Below the pieces are notes generated by a model, which worked only from the letters and a program-made list of their open reading frames with translations, made no database searches and was not told the DNA's origin. Of a stretch of 64,000 bases of DNA, positions 13,209 to 25,157 are shown in pieces. This DNA is from Microbotryum violaceum (Eukaryota): the NCBI GenBank assembly GCA_001244265.2, contig LN717261.1, positions 2,867,591-2,931,590 of the forward strand. The letters run 5' to 3'. The position numbers and the translations under genes were made by a program. Numbering within the stretch: position 1 is the first letter of the stretch; each line of letters opens with the position of its first letter.

Positions 13209-13460
13209 GCACGTGCGCGCGCGGGCGTATCCTTACACATGTCAACACATGTAAGGATACGAGGATGCGGTAAGGATACGGGAGGTGCGGTAAGGACACA
13301 GAAGTTTTGAATCACTACAAGTCTTGCAATACACATGCTATCATGTAGTCCTTGCAGGCGCCATTCAGAAATAGTTATATGTTGATGTTACAGTATCAAG
13401 ATGAACAGATTTGGTTGTGTATTGACCTTAACTCATGTGTAAGGATATATCCTTACATGT
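13209..13460 (-). repeat. Right TIR of MULE copy 1
   Basis: Reverse complement of 1450-1690; ends in the palindrome TGTAAGGATATATCCTTACA. Confidence 0.9.
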
Positions 13461-14336
13461 GTCGTGGCCGGACCCAACCCCGCCTCAACTGCGGCTGTCG
13501 TACGTAATTCACGGCAATTCCAATACATATCTTTCATCTGTACTGCGCAAGCATACCGAGCCGTCCTTTGGACCCGAGGGGTAAAATTTCTGCACATGCT
13601 GTACAAGCCCTACATCATGCCTCGGAAGCCTATGTATCCTGGTACACTGTCAGCACCATCCCGGAATTACTTCCTACTCCCAGTACCATGGGCGATTACA
13701 CCAGAGTTCCAGAACCATACCCGGACTGGCAACCTAGCGGCGCCGGGACCGTCCCGAGATCATTTCAGCATCCGACTTTCGATTCTGAGACCGTCCTGAA
13801 ATTCCTTCCCGATCCTGGGATGGTCCCAAGAGGGCGAGCGCGTGCCGGGATCGTCCTAGAATTGAGCACCGAGTGCCGGGATGGTGCTGGGATGGCGCCG
13901 GGATCGTCTCGGCAGAGCGCGCACTCCCAAAGCCATACCCGAAATACCGCCGTTTTTGCTATGTGTAGGCAAAGGGAAAACAGACCTCGGACGCTGGCAC
14001 GTCGAGGGTGGGTCTGTGTAGCAGGGTAGCCAAGTCAGTCAACGTGTCCAACAAGGACAGTCGAGAGTAGGAGTACCCTAAGGTAGAGCCTGAAGGTGGG
14101 TGATGTACCTCGGCTCTTTGAGCGAGACGCAGTCGAACCCGAAAGAGGCGCAGCACTGGCAGGTGCAGGCGGACGGCTGCATACAAAGTATGGAGCGTCA
14201 TTCAACCATCCAACAAGGAGTGTTGAAAAAGAGAGGCGTACACAGTGGCAGCTGTTTGTCGTCAACTGGTAAGGCAGAAGACTGGAAGGCGGAAGCTGTA
14301 TGGTATCGCTGGGGGGGTCCTGTGAGAAGCTCGGAA

Positions 14337-14944
14337 CAAGGGTTCTCATAGGATCAGATCCGATCTTTTTTTTTTCCCAATCCGCATTGATCTATCTTTT
14401 CTTGATCCTATCCAGAAGGATCAATTTGATCTGAGACATTCAAGTGCCTTATATGGCAACAGATGACTACATCTCACTAGTTGTCGCTATCGATGTTGAG
14501 CGCATCATTCTCACTACTACCACCAATATTGTGGCCATCATAACTATGTTCCTCATCCTTGTCGGCACCATTATCAGCATCATCATCCGGAATGATCACC
14601 TCACTGATTCGCCTTTTTTTATGAGCTCCGATTGCGCGCGTTGCCCTCGCCGGTGTAGGTGGGTTTCGCATGACATCTACAAAATGCGAACATAATTTAT
14701 AGTCGGTTTAGACTTGTATAAAGGTCATGTCGGATAGTGGTACATACCCTGTAGCGCGCTCTTGTGAACGGCAGGTATCAGTTAAAGGGCTAGCAATCTA
14801 CCAAGTAACGACGCTACATCGCCTCCCCCCATCATTTTTTTTTTTTTTTTTTTTTTTTTCTCTCCGAGGCTTGATCTATCTTATCTTTGATCCTGCCCAG
14901 CTAGGATCAGGATCGGATCAGATCTGATCCTATGAGAACCCTTG
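14337..14944. mobile_element. Non-autonomous hAT-type MITE (608 bp)
   Basis: TIR CAAGGGTTCTCATAGGATCAGATC / GATCTGATCCTATGAGAACCCTTG; 8-bp TSD GCTCGGAA at 14329-14336 and 14945-14952; GATC-rich subterminal motifs. Confidence 0.9.
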
Positions 14945-15128
14945 GCTCGGAACCTGTCAGCCAATTCGCGGCAGGAAGAGTTCAAGGAAGGCCACTGACC
15001 TTGGCAGGAGGTGGCAGAGGTACACAGCGATACTGGTACGGCAACGGCAAGCAGTGGGAACTGAAAGGTGCGGCAGGAGCTGGCTTGGTAAACTCTTGCG
15101 CAAGTGCGGCTTACAGACCAAGGCTCGA

Positions 15129-15230
15129 GGCAGGCGTGCGGGGCACGGCTTACTGCAGGAAGGGCAGGCGTGCGGGGCACGGCTTATTGCAAGAGGGGCA
15201 GGCGTGCGGGCACGGCTTACTGCAAGGAGG
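15129..15230 (+). repeat. ~33-bp minisatellite x3
   Basis: GGCAGGCGTGCGGG(G)CACGGCTTA(C/T)TGCA... repeated three times. Confidence 0.85.
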
Positions 15231-18200
15231 GTAGAGGTCGCGCGCGCTTGAGTACTTGAGTCCTCGGCGTCGACTCCCTGGACCGCTCGCGCGACGTGTA
15301 GCGGTAAACTGAGTCAAGTTGCAGCGGGATGAGGGACAACTAGTGGTGCAAGCTCAGAGTGATGTCAGTTGGCTGCAACTGGTGAGAATGGGGATAGCTA
15401 CCTTCGTCTCAGCATACCTTTGCAAGAACAACCGGGACTCTGTGATGCCGCGGAGGCTAGCAGAGGCTGCGTTTCGAGCAGGAGGGTTCGGCAGAAGGAC
15501 TGCTGAGAGATGCAGGGGTCGCGAGTCAGTGAAGTGGTCCAACAAGGACTACCGAATAACTGCCGGTACAGGACTGGCAAGATCAATGTAGGAATCAAAG
15601 TGGTAAGTTCACGGTGCAACAAGCTTGGGTGACCAATAACACTTACCCCGAGTTACTCCTGGACAGAGCCACGTCGAGGATTTAGACGAGCTAGGTGCGG
15701 CTAGCCGAGAAACGTCCTGCAAGATGAAACACTCGGTCAGTGACTTCGTCAACTGTGAGGTGATCTTGGGAGTGAGGAACGCACCTGTATCAACGGTGGT
15801 AAACGCAGCGGCAGAGGCTGGTGGAGACGTCGACGGTGCAGTGAAAACCCTGAAGGGGACGTGCAGCGCGAGTGACCGCCTGTGAGCCCGCGTGTGTATG
15901 AGGCACAGCTATAGCTCAGCAGGGGAGAGAGGAGAGGGGAGGTCCGAGCGCGCGAGCTTGATCGGCGGGTCAAATCCTTGCAGCAAAGGCCGAAAAGAAC
16001 ATCAAACTCTTGCAGCAAAAGCAGAAAAGACCAATCGGGTGCGCGGCGTCCCAGACGGGCGGAACGTAGCCGTCGCTGAAAGGATTGACCGTCATAATGA
16101 AGATGGGGTCGAAGCGAAGCGGAGACCTTAAGAAGCTCAAAAATAGGACACTTTGCTTGGAAAGCGTGGATCCTATTAGTACTCAGAAATACTGCAAAGA
16201 CTGGGAGGCTTGGCATACCTTTGCTTGGAAAGCGTGACACACTTGAAAGAAGGAAACCGACCCTGAACGCTGGCACGTTGGGTGGCAAGTGTAGTCTGTA
16301 GCGCAAGGTAGCCAAGTAAGCCAACATGCCCAGCAAGGACAGTTGTGGGCAGGAGTACCAAAAGGTAGAGCCTGATGCGGGGGAGTGATGTACCTTAGCT
16401 CCGGGAGCGTGACTCGATAACACCAACACCAGGCAAAGATGGTATGCCTAAGCTTGAGAAACACGCTTACAGTCCCGCTCGCAGCCGCCTCACTTCAAAG
16501 CCTTTTCAAAGCTCAGACAGCAGTGTAAAGAGCAATGAAACAAACAAGCTACAAACACGTGATTTACAACATATATCCTTTGCTTTACCAGAAATGGCTT
16601 CCACAAAAACTGTGCGAACATCTCACCGTGTTTGGAGTTCCAATGCTTAGAGTAAGGCACCGGTCGATTGAGATCGCGGGTTCGGCGAGGCCAATCCGAG
16701 CTACCAACGAGTCTCGAATCACCGTTCTTGAGAACCGTTTTGTTGCGCTGGTATCCATTGGAGCACATACTGAATGGTGGAATAATTCGTAAATTGAAGG
16801 TCGATGAAATATCAAGATACCGAGGATGCCCATGTGAGAAGCGCAGGGAAGGATGCCGATCGATACCGATGCCGATAAGGATCAAGCCGAGCTCAGAAGA
16901 TCTTGTCATATGGTTCGCCGAGCATGAACTCACGCCAGTCCTTCTTCTTGCGAGCTTCATATAAAGGCTGTTGGTAGCGCGAAGTGATGGCACGCTGGAT
17001 GGCAGGTCGTGGAGCCAATCTGTATCCTCCTTGTGTTCCGATCTTAGTGGTTGCATAGCGTCACGATTTCGTCCCGCCGCAGTTCCAAATCCTCAATCGC
17101 CGAGGGAGCACAAGACCCAACACTCTTACTGTCTGATGCTTGTAAAGTGTGTTCGATTCTTCTTAGTAGTAACTGACTTTGTCCGTTGCTCTGCTCACTT
17201 GAGAGACGGCGTCCGTTCGGATCTTTGACCATACGGACCGGGTGGGCTCGGTAGAACTAAAGTCGAAGCGAAGGGTAGCTCAAAGTGACTATAGATGCGT
17301 TGAACGAGTCGGACTGGGTATCGTAACATGAGAGGATTTCTTTCTAGTCATTCCTCTGGGAACGGGGAACACAGAAACGCCGACTTCAGTACACGAGATG
17401 GAGTGGCAGGGGGAACGGGCTAATGGTCGGGCGAGGACTCACGGTACCTTTTCTCTAACGGCTCTATTTCATGGCAGATGTTGTGACGATGGATGTTAGC
17501 TTAGCAACGGATATCACCGAGACGATCCTTAGTATTCGAGCTGTTAACATTGACCTGCACTTCTTGCGTAGTCCAATGATCGTGGTCGACCAACGTTGGC
17601 TCCGACCTGATCCTTATCAGCGACTCCTGACTTGGCTTATCTGAAGGTATTGCTCAGCGGGTATTCCAAGTTTTGCTACTTGCTTCTTTATCGGTCTAGT
17701 CGTCTTCAAGAATGCTTTGGGACGTTGTAGGCGGTTGACGACGATGGAACGCGGTGAACGGCGGACCTCGGGAGCCTGACGTCGGTGCGCTCGTGATGCT
17801 AAATTAAAGGCGGTCTTGCTCGATCGATGGCTTATGTAGGTTGATGAGCATTGGATTACAGCCCAACTCCGTGTCTTTGTCGACGTAAAGTGTAAAGTGT
17901 GCTAGTTCAGTGTCTCGCCCAGACGTGCTGTTCACGCCAAATCGTTTCGATCGGCTTCGCTGAACGGCATCGGATGAGATCAACAATTGATGGCGAGTCT
18001 TGCGGTGACGTGGCAAAATACGTTGTGTTGGCTCGAAGGCCGAAGAAGTGCGGACGTTGGGCAAAGATCAGGACAGGCAGGGGGCTGAGAAAGAGCTCGA
18101 TGCGATTGTCGCGCCGCGGGGGACACGTGACTTCTGCCAACTTCCCCCGCCTTTCTGCCAACTTCCCCCACGCCCCTGCTAACTTCGCCAACTTCATGCC

Positions 18201-18985
18201 TAATCGGGCCTCAAGCGGGCCTCAAGCGCGCGCGCGCGCCTGAAGTTGGCGAAGTTAGCACTCCCTGGACACCGCCAGCGCCCCACATTTTCGACTCGCG
18301 CCCGACTAAGCGCCGACTCGCGCCCGACTAACCGTTCCTTAAAGGATCTGAATATGAGGAGCAGCGCAGTGAGCAAACGAAGATGCCGAGTAGAAGAGGA
18401 TAGGGAACGTTAAGGGAAAAGAGAGGGAGAGCCGCGCTAGTCGCTGCCTCGGGTAATCTAAGTCAGAATCTAAAGAGGTCCGAGCGCGCCCGAGTTCCCA
18501 TCCCCCAATCTCCGTATGCTGGAGTTGAGAGCGCCCCTGCATTGTAGTGTACATGATGACACTGAAGGCTCTCTTCCCGAGGATGGCGCGGCCAGGACAC
18601 CGAGTCATGCCGGCGCGTGACGAAATCGGTAGACGAGCTCGGTCTGCCGCGCCTGCCTTAGAAGTTTGTCTGATTTGCTACCTAGCCACCGAGGGCTAGC
18701 ATGCTTGGTTTTGGTCCATCCTGGTCGCTACCGTGTATTCTTCTTTGTCCTCGAGCCCTTCGTCGTTAGAAATCGCACTTTCGCCACCGTGGATCCGCCT
18801 TTCTCGAAATTGGAGCCGCGGTTGATCATTTGCAGTGATTGGGTCGCTTTCGCAAGCCCGAGCTACACGTCTGATCCGAAGCGGTGCGCTCCTCGTAATC
18901 ACGTCCATCAAACGCACGTCCATCGCCTCGGTCCCACAGGAAACCGGCTCGGCAATTGGACCACAGGACCTGAAACCGTATCGTC

Positions 18986-21421
18986 ATGACGGGTACCTTC
19001 TTAGAGTGGGCTCGAGGGCCCTTCATGAGTCCAGCGCCGAGTCGCTCGGGCACGACGACCAATCCGACTGGCGCGCGCCCCGGCAGCTCGAGCAGCGACG
19101 TCGACCTCCACGCAGAAGACCTTCATGGCGGACACAACTCGGATGCCTCGATCGATACTACGGCATCTCGTCCTCGTAATGTTAATCATACCAGTCACTT
19201 CGCATGGGTCACTGCGCGCGTCAATGCCGGCTCCAAGGCGTTCGACAAGGCGAGGCGTTTCTCTATCGACGCCGTGCCGGATTTTGTCCACTCGGCACTT
19301 TCCTCCATCACTCCTGGCAGCGCGTCGCATAACAACAACAGCTCTCGCCACGACCTCACTGAAGGGATTGAATCCCCCGCTGCGATGGCGTTCACGATCC
19401 GACCCTTCCATCATCGCGAGAACACGGGATTGCATGCCATCAAGGATACGTTTTCTGTCTACAGGCAAAGTCTGCCCGGCTTGCCTCATCCGCATCTACC
19501 TCATCTCAAGGGTGTCTCGGTCGAATCCCTGCCTGGCTCGGGTCTCGTCAGTCGATTAATGCATTCGAGCTCCAATATGGACGATGAACCTTCGAGTATG
19601 GACGATCAAGGTGCTACTCGGCCTTCCACCCCGACGGCGTTCGGTGGGCTCAAAGGCGATGTGCTCGTCATGGGTGGGTACAGGGGAAGCACGCTCAGGG
19701 ATGCAAAGACTAAGACGGTATTGTGAGTGATGAATGCAAATTTGCGTACGGCTTGTTACTGCGAGGCTTGACTGATCAAGTCGGATTGCTGCACAGATGG
19801 GTAAATCCGAGAATTGGAATGGGGTTCAAAAAGTCGAACTTATTCATGGGACTTGGCGACGAGGTGAGCCGTTGGTTGAGGTGCTGAACCTCCACCTAGC
19901 GTCACTGACCATTTGGGCACGACGAACCGCCATAGGATGAGCTTCGATCGACCGAGACCGTCGTCCCCGGCAAGATGTTGATGCGCATGAGCTTCATCAA
20001 CCTCGGCAAAGGACTCGAGACCAAACTCAAACTGCTTGCAGCAACGACGAGAGGCACCGACTTGGCTTTACGGTATCACAACCATGGCTACGACTGGCGG
20101 CGGAATCTTGACCTGTCGAGTGCGGAGCTACTGACGAAGCTTGAGCACCTGAAGGCGGAGAGTGCAGCGCGAGGCGAGGGTGTCGATGGCAAGGGCGAAG
20201 GGGCCACGATCGTGGCACACTCGATGGGAGGTCTCGTCACATTGCATGCTCTGGCAACGGCAAAGGACCCGACGATGATTAAGCAGATCATCTTTGCCGG
20301 CACACCATTCGGGGGCTGCGCCAATATTCTGGGACCGCTACGACAGGGCGATGGGATTCTCTTTAACAAAGAGATTGGATCCCCGGTCACCGTCTTCTCC
20401 ATGCGATCGAGCTTTTACTTGCTCCCGCGAAATCACCTCTCTTTCGAAACTCCACTCGGAAAACTGCTACCCATCGATTTCTTTGATGCACCTTCGTGGG
20501 CTAAGTACGGCTTGTCGCCATTGATGGCCCAGATATATAACACCGACGATCCAGAACATTGCGATCAGCGCTCGCGAGCTCGCGCGGAGGCGCTCGAGGT
20601 CGACACAATGTCGCTTCATTCGGGATTGGCAATGGTGCCGGGAGAATTCGACGTCATCTCTCTGTCGCGCGAAGAGGTGGCCCACGATGTGCACCTCGAC
20701 TTCGGGGCTTTGGGTACGCATTCGAATTTTTCGACGCCGAACAGCTCGCGGCAAGGAAGTGTCAAGTCGCCACCGACTTCAGCTTCCATGTCACCTAACA
20801 AATCGAGTGATCGGTTCTCACCACCCGCTTCCGCATCCATGACACCGTCATCCGTGCCCATGATCTCGACTAATGGCGATTCGGGCTCCCGAGCTCTTGC
20901 TGCGGGCGTCTCGGGGAAGAAGAAAAGGGCTCGGGCGACCCCCTTTGAGATCGACATGAATCGATTACTTCAGTCTGACGCTGACATCTCTGAATACCTC
21001 GAACGAACGCTCGAACGAGTGAAGAAGGTAAGACCTTGTGCTGTGTGATTGTTTTTCTCTTCTCCGCCGATGACTCGCCCTGACCTCCTGATTTTGGCAG
21101 TTCTACCATGACATTGATACGCTCTTCGATCCCGCCAAAATCGATCTATACCCCAAGATTGCTCTCATCACTTCGCGCAAGACCGCCACGGCGCGTGGGA
21201 TCGTCACAGATTCGTACGACACGATCGCCTCGACGCCGTACACGCGGCTGCTCTTTGGGGAAGGCGATGGCATTGTCACCTACGAAAGCGCTTCGTCGCT
21301 TCCTGGTCCGTGGAACGACTTGGTCAAAGGGGTCGTCGAGAGCAACTTTGGGCATGTCAGTTTGCTCGCGGACATTGATGCGGTTGCTCGTTGCTTTGAA
21401 GCCTTGAGCTCGGACAAATGA
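18986..21421 (+). CDS. LCAT-like alpha/beta hydrolase (resembles the yeast YJR098C family), intact host gene
   Basis: Exons 18986-19722, 19797-19863, 19936-21027, 21101-21421 join in frame with GT-AG introns; motifs GGYRGS, GYDWRR, VAHSMGG (nucleophile), GTPFGG, GDGIV, HVSLL; start codon uncertain. Confidence 0.85.
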
Positions 21422-22244
21422 GTGCGCCGCGTGACAAGTCTAGGAACGGGAATTGCAACAGTCCAAAATTGGATGGGCCGACATTGGCGGGTTTCGACGA
21501 TCGATTGCCAGATTTTTGTCGGACCACAACCATTGCAAAACAACGTTGTCAAGATTGGATTTGCGGGACTGGTTCTATCGCGTTTGACGAGAAGGCAGCA
21601 GCTGTGCGGCGGGGGAGGGGCGGTGTCGAGCGGCGCGGCGACGCCAGAGGCTTTGGGCTCAAGTTGGGCTAGGCTTGTTGGCGTCCGCGTATGAGGCGCC
21701 GGGAGGGACACGAGACTCGCGCGAAAAACGGAATTAGGTTGATCGCGCGAATAGCAGGGCACTTTGGTTCCGAAAAAGGCAACTTTGGTCCCACATCGGA
21801 GGCGACTCTGGTCCCACATCGGACGCGACTTTGGGATCACATCGGAGGTAAGCTCAACTAAGCCCTCCCTCTGGGAGGGGCTTACGAGTTATCGGCGCGC
21901 TTGGCCCAGTTGCCCTCCGAAATTTCAGGGTCATTTTGGGGTGATTCTCTGTATCTTGAGGCGCATTCGTGCAAAAGTGAGGGATACTTTTCTTTTTGTT
22001 CTCTAAAAATGACATACCCCAACTGGCGATATCTTTCATAAGCTGTGGGTGGAGCTACAACGATCCGAAGTTTGGGATTTTGGTCGATCGGGCCTCAAAT
22101 GGTCCGAGCGCATCGTGTAATTGTCGCTCTCATCATCGGCGAGCCTACTCCGTTCGGCTTGATCACCTTGCGTACGCTTCGCTGTTCTCCTCTTTTCGCG
22201 ATCACCGTCGTCCACGTCAAGCGCGACAATATTTAAAACCAAAA

Positions 22245-25148
22245 ATGACCCGAACAAGCAGACACCATACCTCGTCAACTCGCCAGAACACCCGCCGCGA
22301 GGCGGATCTGTTCGCTGAATTTCGTAGCCGCGATCTTTCGCTGTGTCAGTACCTGTCGTGGTACTTCAGCCCTTCCACACGCTTTGAAGGCGTTTAAACA
22401 CACCGACCAAAGCTGTTCAACAGCAACTGCTCCAGCCTCAAGCGTGTGCTTGATCTGATTCTACGACTTGCACGTGAGGATGGCGCCGAGTCAAGCAGCC
22501 GAATCAATGACTGGATCGCCGAGCAGGTGGGCAACACTTCGTACTTCTCGGATTGATTCTCCAAATTCGAAAAAGCTACTGAATACTTGCCTTATCCGCG
22601 TGCAGGCCGACTCGATCATCATTAAAGAGATGAAGCGAACCAAGTCCGCCTTCGTCGCTAGTCATGACTTGACTCCCGAAGTCCTCGCATCCGATTACAT
22701 CGACGCCCGGCTCGATGCAATCGCCGAAGACAACTGTTTTATCAGCGGACGGATTCGTAACTTGCTATCACAATGCGGAGACCCACCACCCGCTGAGCCA
22801 ATCAATTGCGACAAGGACCCAACAGCCTCCACTGATGTCGAGATGGAAGAAGCCACCCCGGAGAATGGTTCCGATCCAGAGCAAGAGCAAGAGCAAGAGC
22901 CTGGTCACGAAAAAAGGCGTATCGAGTTTGTGAGAGTTTCTGACCCTAGCTCGGCTGGGTATCGCAGCGAACTGACACCAAAGATCAACACGCTGGCCGC
23001 AGCTTTACCGCAGTGTCATGGGTCAGATCGCATTCGCTTGTAACCGAAGGAACAACGCCATGCAGCATCGCAACGGTCTCGTGACTTTCGCATGTGGAGC
23101 GAACGACCGATTGACAACATTTCTGTAGGATTGCGGCTTGACGACATCTCGCTGGGCGACTCTCCAGGCAGCTGCGAGCTTGACGAAGGCGAATTCGACG
23201 AAACTGAAGGAGATTGGCTCGAACAAGTACTTCCATGTGACCGTCGACAACATTGGCGTCACACATCACGTTAAAGATCAGCAATTAGATCGACGAACCG
23301 AGCTGCTTCATGGAACTTTTGGTTACGCCCACATTCAGAAGGGAGATATTGCCGGCGCTTACAACCTTCGAGCCTACTCTGCACATCAAGCGTCTTTGCC
23401 GCGAGTCAATCTCCAGCATCTCCTCCCAACTCCCCAATCCGACTCGTCATTTACAACCGGGATCAAAGCTCAGATATATCGAGCGCTTGCTCGATTGGTC
23501 CCTCATCTTGGTCTCAGTCTTCGCGATCCTCGATGCACACCACCCCCTGTGGAACAACTGGACGTCAAAAAGCCCGACATCAATTTGCTTCAAATGATGG
23601 ACGAGTCGGATACCTCCACCGCGGATGTGGCACAAGTTATCAACAGGCTGAGACTACAGCTCGGTCTTTCAGAGACAGAATACGCAGATTCTGTACGGAT
23701 ATTTGAATGCGATGGAGGAACTTCAATGCTCGTCGAGTCACTCCGCAAGAATCGCTACCCTTTTTGGAAACTCTACGATGGGCTGGGCACTGTAATCACA
23801 GTGCCGGGGGTTGCTCATCTTCAGTGGTGCGTTGGCGCGGCAATCTATCGACGATATTTCGGGGACCCAGCGCTGGGATCGAACTACCGAGGGTCACTTT
23901 ATATCACTGCCACCTTACTTGGTCGCAAAAAACTTGACCCCAAGAAAGTCAAGGATTTCAACCAGATGGAACGGCTTCTTCGAGACACAGCACAGCTAGA
24001 GCTGTTGGATTGTCTCCTGTCAGTCACTTCGCTCCAGCTGGTGATTTTCAGCACTCTGCCCCAAGTCTCTGACAGCATTCCCACTTTTTGATACAGACAA
24101 GAACTCAGACTGAAGACGATTGACGAGCTAAGACCACCCCACCTTAACGGACTTGATGCGGTGATTGAAAGGGTCATCCGCAGGTATCTCTCTGTCCATG
24201 CCATTGAACAAGCGAAAGCCAACAAGAGTAAGGCCCCGGTGTTTTACGAGTCACTACTTCGGTTGCGCGACTTGGTCGACTTCGAGGAGGGCTACTTCGC
24301 AACCTTGCAAGGAGACATCGGTCGAGTCATCCACTGGTGGGAGCGGATGTCGCCCTTCCTTCAGGCCGCAGAAGGTGTCTCCCACTACCGCAGCCATCTG
24401 CCACATCTACTTCTACTCCTGAAGTCGGACCTACCAACCCAGCTCACGCGCTTTGTTCGGCGAGGCTTGCTGATATCTCCTAGCGGTCGGCGTGGGAAGT
24501 TTTGCGGGAAGGATTGATATCTGGAGACGCTAAATTACTGGCTCAAGTATTTTTTCTCAGTCAAAGTGAGTCTCAAAAAGTATGGGGCTTTGCTTGTTGC
24601 ATAGAGGATCAGTACTGATACCCTTCGACAGGGTGCTGGTTGTTCCTTTGACAAGATGCGTGATGTCATATCATCCAACATTCTTCTGGTCAGCTGGAGC
24701 CCCTCTTCAGAAGCATTTGTGCGGCACCTTTGACCTGACACCCTGAGAACGGGTTAGTGATCAACAGTTTCGACAACTGATGTGCGATATGAAAACAATC
24801 ACCGGGCGCAAAAGCCTTTCTCGAAACCATATCAGCACCATCAGCCCAGCAAGCGTGCGGGTTGCACTGGACGACATGCGCCGCAACAAGATCCATCGTC
24901 CATGCGACAACACTTCAGGACTCGGGGACCTCAAGCGTAGACCTATCGTGGACAAGAAGGAAGAAGGCACCCAGAAGCTCGTGTGCATGACACAGAGCGA
25001 GTTAGATCTGTTTCGTTATGGACCCAGTCCTCCGCCCCAATTTTCCCATTCTCAGGAGTCGCAGGAAGACGAAGATTGTTTGATTGATTTATCGGAGGAG
25101 TTGGCTCAGGAGCTCAGAGAGACCATGGAGGCGATGGTTTTCGATTGA
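22245..25148 (+). pseudogene. Academ-type (DUF6589-like) transposase, multi-exon, with lesions
   Basis: HVTVDNI, LLHGTFGY, ECDGGT, PGVAHLQW, GDIGRV, HY, ISPSGRRGKFCGKD*YLETLNYWLKYF; premature TGA at 24515-24517 just before the putative catalytic Glu. Confidence 0.75.
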
Positions 25149-25157
25149 GATTAGTGC

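Larger units (their letters stand above)
1450..13460 (-). mobile_element. Mutator-like (MULE) DNA transposon copy 1, GCM-domain transposase + USP-like peptidase, interrupted by Copia-1
   Basis: ~240-bp terminal inverted repeats (1450-1690 vs 13209-13460) enclose a MULE DDE ORF and a peptidase ORF on the minus strand; no TSD found. Confidence 0.85.

Noticed and set aside
1453-13457. Ginger-type element suggested by TGT...ACA ends
   Set aside because: The encoded transposase has MULE motifs (D..D..CxxH..E), not a Gypsy-like integrase, and no 4-bp TSD is present
16400-18100. Scattered ORFs as a gene
   Set aside because: No consistent frame, splice model or motif recognised
21782-21850. CRISPR-like short repeats (also 32931-33010)
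   Set aside because: Tandem 23-bp units without unique spacers, eukaryotic context, located at transposon ends
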